From assembly GCA_046563655.1 (NCBI GenBank), contig CM102284.1, forward strand, positions 1,426,001 through 1,490,000: a DNA stretch of 64,000 bases. The letters are read 5' to 3'. Positions 38,301-51,388 of the stretch are shown piece after piece (the first letter of the stretch is position 1; each line of letters begins with the position of its first letter). The notes beneath the pieces are model-generated. The model searched no databases. It was given only the letters and a program-made list of their open reading frames with translations, and had not been told where the DNA came from. This DNA is from Yuukianura sp. NJ FZ-2021. Its lineage: Eukaryota. The position numbers were made by a program, and so were the translations under genes.

Positions 38301-40537
38301 AGTAGATCCCGAAGGCAAGGTGTTGGTCTACGCAGTCGCAGGACCGCATGCGCACTTCGTAGCTATTGATAGTGCAACTGCTGCATTAACATTTACGGAA
38401 ATAACAGCTGATGAGGTTGCGGCGTTGTCAAACGGCGTAGCATCAATAGAAGTAATTGCACAAGAAGCTAGCACGGCCGTTTTACTGCAATCATCGGCAA
38501 CAGTGCTCATTTACTTTTCACTTCCAAACGCAGGTATTTCAACTTAACATTTAGAACATCAATTTGACGCCAGTTTTCATAATTTTAATAAAACCGCGCT
38601 ATGTGTGCCTGTTTTTTTTAAAGAGAGCAACAAGCCCCCAGAATTTGAACAAAATATTTACGAAACGAGTCCAATTGAGACGTTGCCGACAGCGGGGGAT
38701 CCTGTTGTGTTACATCAGCCAATCAAAGCAGTAGATCCTGACGGTACAGTATTGGCATACACAGTCGCAGGGCCCTATGCGCACTTTGTAACTATCGATA
38801 GTGGAACTGGGGCATTGACTTTTAACGAAATTACAAATGCGGATGTCGCAGCGTTGACAAACAGCGTAGCTTCTATTGAAGTAGTCGCGCAAGAAAGCGG
38901 CACGCAAGAATTATTAGAATCATCGGCAACAGTGTTGATATATTTTTCACTTCCGTCTATGACAGGTAAATGTAAGGTGAATTTGAATTTTTTAGAATTT
39001 GTGAATTAAAACGCTCCTTTGTTTTCAGATCCAAACTTGGCGCCATATTTTGGACAAAGTATTTACGAAACTACAAATCCAGTTGAGACTTTGCCAGAAC
39101 CGGGAGATCCAGTTGAGATAAACCCGCCAATCAGAGCAGTGGACCCCGAAAGTGCAGCATTGGTCTACACAGTGGCAGGAGTGCATTCGCACTTTGTAAA
39201 TATTAATAGCTCAACTGCTGTATTAACTTTTACGGAAATAACATCAGAGGAGGTTGCGGCGTTGCCAAACGGGGTTGCATCAATCGAAGTACGTGCAACA
39301 GAAAGTGGGACGCCGATTGCACTAGAAACATCGGCAACAGTGCTCATCTACTTTCAGATTTCAGACGGTACAACAGTTTTCGCTAATTTTTTTTGAAAAA
39401 TATTGATTCAAAAAATATACAATATCTTCTTTTTTTTTTCAAATATTCAACAATCAAATGCTGCTTGTCCACCTTGCACCACAGAAGAATGTGAAGGTAA
39501 AACTGCTATTTGTTTTCTATTAAATGAGCACATATTTTTGGTGTACGACTTTTTTTTTTAAATTCGATTTCAGAAACGATTGGTTTCATCATTGCACTAG
39601 CCATACTTGCTCTCCTGTTCGTCATTGCTCTTCTTGTGGCAATTTACTTTTGGTAACAGATCATAACCTATGTTATTTAAAAAAATATCCAATTTTTTTT
39701 ATAGCTTAATTTTTTTTTTCTGTTTTAGGCATAAGCAGAGGACAGTGTCATCGTCCATGTCAAACTTGATTCGAGTGGATGACGTCGGTTTGACACCTCC
39801 TCCGCCGTTCATCGAACAGTGGGAAGACACCGCTCGGAAGTTTTCGGAAGTCAAACTCGGGAACGGTCTCTCTGACGTCGGAAAGATTCCGACGTCAGAC
39901 GTCGGCGTAGTTGCAGTAGCGCAGCTCTATGCTCCAGATAACCCTGTACAAGAAGCCGTCAACACACCGGTTGTGAATGGTAAAAGCGGCAACGGCGCAG
40001 TTTACGGTAAATTCAAAATTTGGGTTTGTGTTTTTTGAATTTCAACATATTTTGGAACACTTTTCTCTTTTTACAGACATGACGACGGATCCAGAAGAAG
40101 AAGGAGAGTATGTTGACCGAGATGTGGTAGAAAGACCGCCATCTCCCAAACCCGACTACCGTTTGAAACCGGACTTCTCCGTTCAAATTCAAGATGCTGT
40201 GCAAGTTTTTGTAATTCCAGATTCCAGTAGCGACAGTGAAACTGATGCGGACCAAGAAAAACATGAGGCTGAAGTCGCGACTGACGTTCAAGACATAGAA
40301 GTCAGTTCCAAAACTCCCGAAAAAGTGGAGACTGTCACTGAAAGTAACAAAAATGACGACAGCAATACTGCGCATGCCTCAGAAGACGCTGAAAAGGAAT
40401 CCAACAGCGAAAGAAGTGACACTGAACGGAACAAAGCAGTTGGCTCAGATGCCAAAAGTGCTACTGATTGGGAAGTTCTGCGCAACGCAGAAATCGAACC
40501 TGAAAAAGTTTTAGAATCTGAAACTGAACGCCTATGA
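35397..40537 (+). CDS. Cadherin-like single-pass membrane protein with exon-duplicated repeats
   Basis: Signal peptide MEGKSFVFCSFAVLLLTTFSVQINA; ILDVNNKP, ATDND, NxPPxF and AxDPE motifs; six similar ~115-aa domains; TM IGFIIALAILALLFVIALLVAIYFW (~39575-39652); acidic cytoplasmic tail. Confidence 0.82.
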
Positions 40538-41058
40538 ACTCAAAATTCAACATAAGAAAATAAATTTACATTTAAAATATGAATTAATTAAAAAACTGTT
40601 TTCATGTTGTGTCAGTCATTAACTGTTGGACGAGTTTTTGGGAGTTCATAAACAGTTTAGACCGAAACGGTATCTAAATTCAGAACACCCCTTAGAAAAA
40701 TTATTTTGAAATTTTCAAAAACTATTCCGTTACACTAAAAAATTACCTTCGTATCTTTGTTCACCTTTACAAAAAAGCTTTACTTGCCTGACAAAAACCA
40801 AGCGACTTTAGAAAATTTGAAGGATTAGTTAAGCCGACTAAACAATACTTGGAAAAAACAAAGCAAAGGGCCAGATATTGTTGAACTAAGCGTTTGTTCA
40901 CCTTTTGTTTCCTTTGAACTGATAACTGATTTCCAACTCGTGGACGTTTTCTTAAAAAAAAATTTTTTTGAACCAAACGAATTTTGAAAAAAAGTTATTC
41001 ACTTGCAAGTTTGAAGTCGACTTACAAACTCAGAGCTCCGAAAATCAGTCAATTGAAA

Positions 41059-42329
41059 ATGGAGCTGAACAGTAGTGAAGTCGTATATCCGAAAGGGGAG
41101 GCATTCTACGTAAAGTCGAATCTGGAAATCACTCCCGGCTCCTGCAGCGCTCAGAACGGGAAATGGAAACTGTACGAGAACACAACCGCACAGACGATTA
41201 CCATCCAGTTGCTCATGAACCGAGGCGACGGTAACTTTAAAAACATTTCTTTGAGTTCATTAAATCGTATTCCTCAACCAAATTTATTTTTTTTAAACTA
41301 CAAGTTTTTATTCCACTTTTTTCTGACGTTTGCTTGATTTTAGTTCCGATACGAGAATTGACTTTTGGACAACATTGGGAGAACTGCATCTATCTTTATG
41401 AAATGGGCAAAGCAGACGATAAAGGAGAAAAAACGATTGCATCGTACCATGCCGTTCTTACGGCTATTGAACAAAATGTGATTGTTCAAGACTTTGTATT
41501 GGATTTGCCGAAGCACGGTAATTATATGTCACAAACAACAAATTTTCTTTTGCTTGATTAGAGTTAGTTGATGTTATTAAAGATTCAAATTAATATTCTC
41601 ATTTAATTTATATTTCAGATTACGCACTTCTGAGACAGTTCTTGATCAATTACGAAGAAAAAGGATACATCTATTCCCGCGTATGACCTTTTTTTGAACT
41701 TGCGCGCATTAATACTTTATTTTATTAGTACCACAACTGTAAAAACAAGGTGTACCACTCTGAGTCACCCCATAGTTTGTAGGATGCTGATGGTTGTCAT
41801 GCGTAGTGTCTGAGTTGACCATATTCTTCATTTAGTAACAAAGTTAAAAACGTCTATTACGCACTTCTGAAGTTAGGCATTTTCAAATAACGTGGTTTGG
41901 TATGACAGACTAGGGCATCCGTATTCAGAGGATTATGATAAATGCATAATGGGACTTACAGCGCAGGCATCTTTACACATCAGGAAAAAGCGATACAGAT
42001 TAGAATACAAATATAATACTTAAATTTATCACAATATCATTTATTTACCACAGTTTTTTTTGTGATTCATTTAGACGGAAATGGTAGACTATAGGCTGGC
42101 ACGGCTCGGAGGAGTTTTACCGCCAATGGTACATGGGCCACCGCAGACTTCATCTAATCCAACGTTCCAGATGGATCCCCAGCCCAACTTACTCTACTCA
42201 CAAGCCGGGAATAGTCAAGGACTGAACCCGAGCAGACAAATGCAATCTGGTGCACAAGGTGATACGGAGGTCGCTGCTTCAGCTTCTGTCGTCGACGCAA
42301 GCATTCAGGAGTTTATTGACCAACTCTAA
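41059..42329 (+). CDS. Uncharacterised protein family X, copy 1 (~220 aa)
   Basis: Exons 41059-41230, 41344-41517, 41619-41680, 42075-42329 in frame; homologous to the genes at 48391 and 51389 (W.L, FG...NCIY.Y, YHA...A, Y..L..FL...GYI). Confidence 0.7.
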
Positions 42330-42654
42330 ACAGCCAGGATTTATCTACACAATGTGCTAATTTCCCATTAAACACAAGTAATAATAGTGTATCTCAAAGA
42401 ATTTCAGTGACCTCAGGTCAATGTTCAATAGCAAAAGGTCAAGAAATTGTAAAATAGGTTACATAAAAATTGAATCACTTCTGTCAAAATAAAAATTTTC
42501 CTTCAAACTCAAATTTTACTTCGTTTGTTGGAATTATTTCTAACAAGATTTAGAATTTGGAAAGTAGCTTCACGTTAAGTTTTATGAAGTCAAGTCGGTT
42601 GCCACATTCGCTTTCGCTTAGTATTCGTTCTTCATATAGGATGTAAAAGGTCAA

Positions 42655-43020
42655 AGCACTTTCATACTAAAAAGATGAAATTTAAAATGATCCCCAAATG
42701 TTGTTGGAATAGATTAACTTAACTGCAAACGTTGCTTACTCGATTTTTGTAGCACCAATGCGGCAAGTATCGAACTATTCGAATTGGGAATAAATGCTTG
42801 GCAAGACTAGGAATGGATGTGAACGTGTTCTCAACGATGAGAGCCATCACCCGATCACGAAAATCACAACGCGAGGCTAAGTCAATGGCCACAGCTCAAC
42901 CTAATGAAGAGTTTATTTTAAATCAAATGCTGAATGATGTTCAAATGGAACAACCCGAAGGTCACAAGGTCAAGTATGTTTAGTCTGCAAGTGACCTCCC
43001 AAACAGAATCACTCGATTTC
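42655..43020 (-). pseudogene. Duplicated, intron-retaining ABHD13 fragment with nonsense codon
   Basis: Near-identical to ~53503-53760 and ~53857-53885 including intron sequence; GGA>TGA in the GRSLGG elbow (agctcaacc vs agctccacc). Confidence 0.9.
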
Positions 43021-43192
43021 TCACTAAATCGGTCTGATTTTGTTAGAAATTCTTAAATATGCTAGTTGTAGTAAGTAGTTTTGTAAATATTTGGAAGTTT
43101 TAGTGGATGTTTCATTAATATTTTGGTGTTGTTGGTAAATATTTTGAGCAGTCTATCATTAAGCGTCTGTGAGAAACAAAAACGACTAAAAA

Positions 43193-45480
43193 CTAAATCA
43201 ATTTATTTTTGTATTCAGCCAAGAGTTCTCTGCGCAGGAGTTTCCCTGAGGGTGCTTTAGGAATTGAATTTACAAACTCAATTCCGCCTTTCAAATTTTT
43301 GTAAGTAGAAATTAAAGGTTCTAGGTAGGAATGTACAGCCTGTTCAGTCAAACATTCGGATTTTCGGACAATATAAGCACGCGGAGCTTCGCCAAATTGC
43401 GCATGCGGCACTCCAATCACAGCAACATCTTCCACGTCCTCATGCGCACGGAGGAAATCCTCCAACTCAGATGGAGCCACCTATGTTTTTACATAAATAA
43501 GAACATTTGAACTGATTTACTTTAATGTATAAGTTAATAATTATTTTAATAACAAAATAGTTATATTACAATTACCTGAAATCCTTTAACTTTGATTAAC
43601 TCCTTGATTCTGTCCACAATGTAACAATTTCCATTGTCATCGTAGTACGCAATGTCTCCAGTGTGGAGCCAACCGTCGACGTCTATTGTATTCCTCGTTG
43701 CTTCTTCATTGTTGTAATAACCTTTCATAACCTGTTAAAGTTAAAGAACTTAGAAAGCTAACCTAAGTTTTCAAAAATTTTTAAAGTTTCGGATTTCAAA
43801 ATTTCAATTTTAGTTTTCGAATTCCTACTGCACTTACCTGTGGTCCTTTGATAACAAGTTCTCCTCTGGCGTTCCGTCCTAACGCCTTTCCCGTTTCCGG
43901 GTCAACAATTTTTGTTTGTGTATTCGGAACAGGAACGCCGCAGGAACCAATCACTTGATTGCCGAGTTTTGGTATCAGGATATGCGACACTGTAAAAAAT
44001 AGTAGGATAAAAATATATAATTTTTTATTATTTTGAAAAATATTGAATTGAAATATTTTTGTCTTGCCTGGTGAAAGTTCTGTCATGCCATAGCCTTCCA
44101 TGAAGTAAAACTCTTTGCCTTTCTTTTGCATCAAACCTTCAATTAACGCACGTCCCACCGGAGCTGCTCCCACCATAATGGATTCTACGCTGTCCAATTC
44201 CTTACGTCCATAGTCATCAGAGTTATTGATGAGAGCCACCAAAGGTGGGACAAGGTGGAGCACCGTGGGGCGGTGGCGCCGCACCGTCGCCAGAAATTCT
44301 TTTGACTCAAACTTCGAAATACAAAGTGTATGAGCTCCTTGATGAAGTGCCCAGCTCAAGAACACCATCAGTCCATACGCATGAAAAAACGGTAGCACAC
44401 CTACAACATTTCAAAAAAAAAATTCAAAACTTTGTTGCCCATGGACAACATTTCAAAAAATTTCAGAAGAACATTTGTTTTGAAAAATTTTTGGGGTTTA
44501 CCCATCGCCCGAGGCTGTTCTGATCCTAGTCGAGGTTGAGTTGCGAAAATTGGCGCCGAAACTTGAAGTAAATTTGCAACCAAATTGTAATGTGTGAGAC
44601 AAACGCCTTTGGGTGGTCCCGTGGTTCCGCTTGAAAACGGCAGCAAAACAGTATCTTCGAGGCTGCTTTTTTCCGTGACCTTTGGAAAAGTCACAGAAGA
44701 CGGGTCAACTTGGATCATGTCAGCATAAGAATGACAACCTTCGACTTTTGATCCAACGCAAACGATGAACGGTTTACGGTCACGTGAGGCTGGAGACAGC
44801 GCATGGGCTTTACGTATTCCAGGAATAAATTCTGCAGTGCTCACTACCCCTTTTGCACCGGATATGGTCAACTGCCTCTCGATTTCGGCTGTATTTCACA
44901 AGTATACACAAAAATTCTAGTAAAATTTTTTGATTTTTAAAACATTTTCATGTTTTTTAAATTTTGAAATTTACCGGGAGTGTAGTTAGGGTTGACCGGA
45001 CTTGCGATTAGACCGGCCTCCCAAATTCCAAACTGGACAGAGGCGTACTCCGGTATGTTTTGCAGAACGATACCAATGACGTCACCGGGTAGAAATCCTG
45101 CTTGTAGTAACGCAGCCGCAAAACTTCTACTTTGCCGAAACACTTCACTGTAAGTTAACCTTTGACCTGTAGTCGATTCCTGCATTCCGGTAAACAAACA
45201 TTTTTGATTGAAATTTTCAAAAACAAAAAATTTTTTAATCTAAAATAATTTTTCAAAATCTTACAAAAGCTATTTTGTGACTCCAAGGACCCATTGTAGC
45301 CTGTAAGTACTCTGGCACAGTTACGCCCGTAGGAACGTCAATATCTGGCACTGGAGACTTGACAATGTACTGCTCATGCTCATGCGCAATTGACGATCGG
45401 AGTGTTGAGTTCCAGCGCATGCAGCATCGTCTCTTGACGTATCTCACCGCCCAATGTTGAATCCAAGCCTTACTTGTCAT
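43193..45480 (-). CDS. 4-coumarate-CoA ligase / luciferase-like acyl-CoA synthetase
   Basis: [11 protein letters not shown]-loop, [34 protein letters not shown] and KAPSGK motifs; ~6 exons. Confidence 0.93.
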
Positions 45481-46170
45481 TTTAACTTTTAAGTTTTTGT
45501 GTTTACTATTTTGAAAATTTCGAAAGGAAACTTTCTAACTTGAAAATTTTAATGTGTAAGTTTTTACAAGTGTTTTTACATATGTGTTTACTTGTGCTAC
45601 GCTTGTTGTCAGTCACTGAACTGTTTTTGGTTGATCTTCAACTCACAAAATATCACTTTTAATCACTCACGAACTTTGACCTCGCACTTAATCTGTATTC
45701 AGAGGTATACTTTTTGAATTAAACTATGACGCTAGTAAATAACTGGGGCGCAATAGTAAATTTATGTTAAGCATATATAACTGATGGAGCTCAATTTTTA
45801 TGTGTAACAATTAGTGTATCAACGAATTGTTTTTTCTTTAATAAAACCCGATTTATTGATTAACCTGTTAAAGGAGAACCAACTTCATTGTTTACAAACC
45901 TTGAGTTTATCCTCGAAACATTGGAAAAAGTACCTAGAATTTGCAAATACGAAAAAATAATTTTTTTAGATTTTGTGAAAACCTTTGTTAGAAAAGTTTT
46001 TGTTAGATATTTTCATGTTAGTATAGTTCAGTATTGCCTTCATTCAAAATTTGGGAATGTTTTGTCATTTGTTGTCTGTGCTATCTACCATACAATTTAC
46101 ATTATTTATATATTGAATTATTAATTCACTAGTAAATTAGTAAAATACTAAGCTATTTAATAAAAGTTAC

Positions 46171-46777
46171 TCAAATATGTATTCCTCCTTGAAATCCACC
46201 GAGATGAAAGTGGTTTGGATGAAAGTGATGATTGTAACCATGGTGATGATGATGTGCAAGTGCAAAACTTGCTCCAAATGGTCCAACCTCATACGGAGCT
46301 ACGAAATGAATCACGGGATTTAAAATTTTGAAATCCACATTTTGAAAAACGCTAATGAAACAAAACGGAAGCTTTATTGTTAAAATTTTTGAGAACTACC
46401 GTAATGAGTCTGTCCTAGAAGGTAACCGCCGCCAAAGAACTGGTGACCGAGATGGTGACCTCCAGAAAAACTAAACGGCGGGTAGCCACCACCGAATAAG
46501 CCAGCGAATGCCACTTTGGCATAACCCACTGAAAACGTGTCTTGCGTCGCCAGATCATGCGTCTTACTTTGCCCCCCAAACGATTTGGTGTCCTGGTTAG
46601 ATTTTGCAACTATTTTATGGCCTTGCGCATGCCAAAAACAAACAGTTGCCAATAGAATTAGCTACAGGAAGCAAAATCCAAACACGTTCAATTTAAAAAC
46701 CTAAAACCTGTTGAAGTAAGTTTTGTTTTTTAATTAGTTACCACAAGTAGACGCTTAGTCACTGTCCGTGGTTCCAT
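46171..46777 (-). CDS. Secreted Gly/His/aromatic-rich low-complexity protein
   Basis: Exons 46777-46742, 46661-46400, 46298-46171 splice in frame: MEPRTVTKRLLVLILLATVCFWHAQG-HK...DLATQDT...GGGY...AHHHHHGYNHHFHPNHFHLGGFQGGIHI*. Confidence 0.8.
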
Positions 46778-47318
46778 TGCGTTTTCAAAGTTTAGTACAC
46801 TGCAACACCTACCTCAGATTCAAAAATTCAAGTGAACATTGATATCTTAAAATGAAGCCACTTTTAAGATCCACATATTGACATACTAGATTCAGTTAGG
46901 AAGAAAGAACAAACAGGAATTTGAATTTAACGAGACGACAACATGATGTAACCAGAAGTGTGTATGAATTATGTCGCAAAAATTTTAAACTTTGATATGT
47001 CAAACTTGTTTTAATTTTCAGATCCACCCTCTCTTTAACAATGAGATTTATTTGTAGTGCTGTTGACGATTGATTGTTTTCAAATTTTCTTGAATAAAAT
47101 TTTCCGCTCATTTAACATCAACTCTTCCTACCTCTAACGGTAACCGATTGCTACAACAGATTTGGAAACACCAAACAAAACAAAGAGAGATGAAGCAACA
47201 TTTTTAAGTATTCGTAGATTTGTTGTTCATTTTTTTTTATAAAAGTAAGTTTATTCTACTCTCGATTTTCAATTTTTTGACAAAATTTCACAAGAAAAAA
47301 AAATTGTATAATAAGAGA

Positions 47319-47912
47319 ATGGTAAGGAAGTTAGGAAGGTCATATGCTTTTCAAAAGGAAATTCAATTCCTCTTAACAAAAGGAAATTCAATTTCTAAAA
47401 ATTCTAAAATAAACTTTGTGACCTTTGACCTTACAGGAGGTCGCCACTCCCCAGGAAAGGGCCGATCGCCTCAGTACTCTTCCAGGAGTCTATGGACTCA
47501 TCATTACAAACCGCGTAAGTTCTAATGCTAATACTTTACTAAATGTGCCCTCTTTGAGTTGACCTTTGACCTTCCAGGAAGGTCAACCTCTGTTTACAAG
47601 CATGGACAACACGGCAACAATGATGAGTGTGGCCAACTTCTCAATTATGGAACAAATGGCAACAGCCATTGCCAGGGAAGTGGATCCCTCCGACTCTCTC
47701 AACGTTCTGCGCATTCGCTCTCGTCGATTCGAAGTGATGATCAAACCAGGTTACAACTTCTAAAAAATCACAATTTCAGTGACCTCAGGTCAAAGGTCAA
47801 ACGAAAATAATTGTTGATTTTAGATCCAAACTATGTCATCTACGTAATTCAGCGAATTCCGCGTCCAAATTCTTTGAATCCCTGGGGCAAGGCAGTTCGC
47901 AGAGAACATTGA
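47319..47912 (+). CDS. Dynein light chain roadblock/LC7-type, divergent, intact copy
   Basis: ATG|GT micro-exon then EVATPQERADRLSTLPGVYGLIITNR|EGQPLFTSMD...REVDPSDSLNVLRIRSRRFEVMIKP|DPNYVIYVIQ, matching the roadblock consensus (GV.G.I..N.EG.P..STMD, DP...L..LRIRS...E.M..PD..Y...VIQ). Confidence 0.88.
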
Positions 47913-48390
47913 CCCCAAGCTTCTTCAACTCTGAAAAAAAAAGTCAAGACTTTAAAAAATAGTTGAAATCAAAATTGAATTTGTTCATTCAAAATAAAAC
48001 AAAATCAATTTTTAATTCTTTTACTTCATTTTTGGAAATATGTTTCTAAAAAGTTTTAGAATTTGGAAAGTAAGCTTCACGTCAAGTTTCACGTGAGGCC
48101 TTCACGTCAAGAATCCGAAAATTCAAAACTAGTTAACCATTTTTCTGCGAAGGTCTTCATTTATACTTAGAAAGACAAAGCCAATAGGGACAGAAACAAC
48201 TCTGTTTTAGATAGCGTTGGTGTCCCTTTTTGGTTTGAACAGAAATAACTGCTTTCAAACTTGTAGAATTTTTTAAACAAACCGTTTTCAAGGAAATGAA
48301 TTTTTCAAAAACAATTCATTTCCAAAGTTGAACTTGAAAAGGCATCGTCTCGGTTTTAGAGTCGCATTCTAAACACTTGATTTCTGAAAA

Positions 48391-49725
48391 ATGGGGACAC
48401 CAACGAATGAGAGAGAATTAATATACGGAAGAGGACGGTTGTTGCATGTACGTTCTTCCATGGTACTATTTGGCGACGTTAATGACGTCTACAACGGACA
48501 ATGGAAGCTACTGCTTAATCGGACTTCACGAGAGATGATTTTTCAACTGCTTTTACCCAACGGGAGAGAAGGTAACACTAAACATTAGGAACTTTAAAAT
48601 GACATTCAGTGTATGCTCTTGTACAGCGTCAATGTTCCGTTATAGCAATCTTTCGACCTTTGACTTATTGACCCGGTCATCCAGAGTTGCGAATTTTTTA
48701 AATGCCACATTGAACCTTTTCTAAATTTCTTGTTTCCACTTTTCCTTCTAAACCACTAAGGAATTGTACAGAAGTACAAAACTTAGACGGCAATTAACAC
48801 AGAGAATTTATCCACGATTTATAATTAAAAGAGGAAATTGTGGGTATATCAAAGATTCATTTTCAAATTGTGACAAACAAGTTACTTAACTGCTGCTTTC
48901 ACCAATTGGCTATTTTTTGATTTTTGGATGTTAATTCTCTTTAATTTTTTAGTTGTAGCATTGGATTACGCCTTCGGGCTACACTTGGGCAATTGTATAT
49001 ATACATATCCGTTGGACGAAACTAATTCGAGTGGTCGAAAGATTCGTGCGACCTACCATGCTACGATCAGAGCTATGCGAGGCACGCAAGGCGTTGAGGA
49101 TCTTATATTTCACTTCGAGAAAACGCGTAAATGAATATCACCTACAATTCGAGTTTAATTATTCTATATTCAGATTTAGCACCACTAATTCTTTAAATAT
49201 TTATGGAACTGCTGTTTCAGAATATGAAATGCTGAAAGAGTTCCTGCTTGACTTCAACGAACGAGGCTATATTCATAACGAGGTATGACTTACTTTCAAT
49301 CCTTCTCTATTTTTATTTGTATTAATTTGAAGCATAACGTAACAGAAGCAGGTGAAGTCAAGTTGCAGGGGACTTTAATGAATTAACAACGCAGCGCGTT
49401 CACCGAACAGATTTGAACTTATTAATATATATTTATTTATCTGTAGTTACATAATGTGTGCTTTTATTTATGGGTTTTTTATCAGTCCGAGATGAAGAAA
49501 TTCAAAGTGGAGTCGTACCAGCTCGTAAACCAGCGCCCAGCAGCAGGCTCTGCGCATGCGCATGAGAGAGGAGGCGAATCTGCACCTACATCAGCACCGC
49601 CGAGCCAACGAGCATCTTTCGTAGAAGCTGGATCCTCTTCCCGTGCTAACTTAAACACTTTCAATGTGGAGCCTGTACATGTTGATCCTTTCAATGTGGA
49701 TCCGGTCAATAGATGCTGCCAATGA
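48391..49725 (+). CDS. Uncharacterised protein family X, copy 2
   Basis: Exons ~48391-48571, 48952-49125, 49221-49282, 49486-49725; same intron positions as copy 1. Confidence 0.65.
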
Positions 49726-50346
49726 TGGAGATCTGCAATTGGATTTGTACTTAAACATGGGGTTGCCCGGTAAAGATGATGAAGACATAGCGAGGATTTT
49801 AGGGGATTCTAGCTAAGAATGTTACGTTTATAGTAACGCTTTTGTAAATTCGTCAAATACGCATTTCTATAATTAACTAATACAAAACTAATTCAACTCA
49901 TTGTACTCAATCACCAAGCTGCCCGTGATTTATTTTCCGATCGAAATCTCGATCTTAAAATGTCAAAATTCGTTTCAGGTGTGTGGGTTCAACCACCTCT
50001 AATTAAGATTAAGTAAATAATGTGATGAAGTACAGCTTACAATTTGGTTTCTCTTGAATGAAATTTTCCACATAATTAATAACAACACTTCCAACCTCTA
50101 CGGTAACTAATTTCTAAAACAAAATTAAAAAAAAAATAAACAAGACAATAACAACTGAAGCAATATTTAAATATTTATTCGTAAAGTTCCACGACACAAC
50201 ATTATTGAGTCTCCAATTACTCCATTCATTTTCTGTTCATTTTTTCCATAAATCTCAAGTATAATTTACGCTTTCAGTGGTTTTTCAATTTTCGATATAA
50301 TTTCTGACGGAAAAAAGTAGGCATTGAAGTTGGATATGAAAGCACA

Positions 50347-50934
50347 ATGGTGAGTTACGTACGTCGTGAGCTTAGGAGATCCGAAATTCAATTCCGCAAA
50401 ATCCTCAAGTAAACTTTGTGACCTTTGACCTTTGACCGCTCAGGAGGTCGCCTCTTCTCAGGAAAGGGCTGATAGTCTCAGTGCTCTTCCAGGAGTTTAT
50501 TAACTCATCGTCGCAAACCGCGTAAGTTCTAATGATAAATACTATTCTAAATCTCATGGAGTTGACCTTCGATCTCTTGGTGTTGACCTTTGCCCTTACA
50601 GGAAGGTCAACCTCTGTTTACAAGCATGGACAACACGGCAACAATGATGAGAGTGGTCAACTTCTCAATTATGGAACAAATGGCAACAGCCATTGCCAGG
50701 GAAGTGGATCCCTCCGACTCTCTCAACGTTCTGCGCATTCGCTCTCGTCGATTCGAAGTTATGATCAAACCAGGTTACAACTTCTCAAAAAATCAAAATT
50801 TAAGTGAGCTCAGGTCAAAGGTCAAACGGAAGTTGTTACTTTTAGATCCAAACTATGTCATCTACGTCATTCAGCGAATTCCGCGTCCAAATTCTTTGAA
50901 TCCCTGGGGAAAGGCAGTTCGCAGAGAACATTGA
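50347..50934 (+). pseudogene. Roadblock paralog with premature stop
   Basis: Exon 2 has TAA at 50501-50503 where the intact copy has GGA; exons 3-4 are almost identical to the intact copy. Confidence 0.8.
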
Positions 50935-51388
50935 ACCCAAGCTTCTTCAACTCTGAAAAAAGTCAAGACTTTAAAAAATAAATGAAATCAAAATTGAATC
51001 CGTATAATCAAAATAAAAACAAAATCCTTTTTGTTTAATTCTTTTTGTTTTTTGGAAATACGTTTCTAAAAAGCTTTAGAATTTGGAAAGTAAGCTTCAC
51101 GTCAAGAATCCAAAAATTCAAAGCTAGTTAACCATTTTTCTGCGAAGGTCTTCATATATACTTAGAAAGACAAAGCCAGTAGAGGACAGAAACAACTCTG
51201 TTTTAGATAGCGTTGGTGTCCCTTTTTGGTTTGAACAGAAATAACTGCTTTCAAACTTGTAGAATTTTTTAAACAAAATGTTTTCAAGGACAGGATTATT
51301 TTTCAAAAACAATTCATTTCCAAAGTTGAACTTGAAGAAGCTTCACCTCCGTTTTGCAGTCGCCGTTGAAACACTTGATTTCAAAAAA

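Noticed and set aside
42798-42983. 61-aa plus-strand ORF
   Set aside because: Antisense to the ABHD13 pseudo-exon.
43193-45480. Bioluminescent luciferase
   Set aside because: Luciferase-like acyl-CoA synthetases are widespread in non-luminous arthropods; the sequence cannot show light emission.
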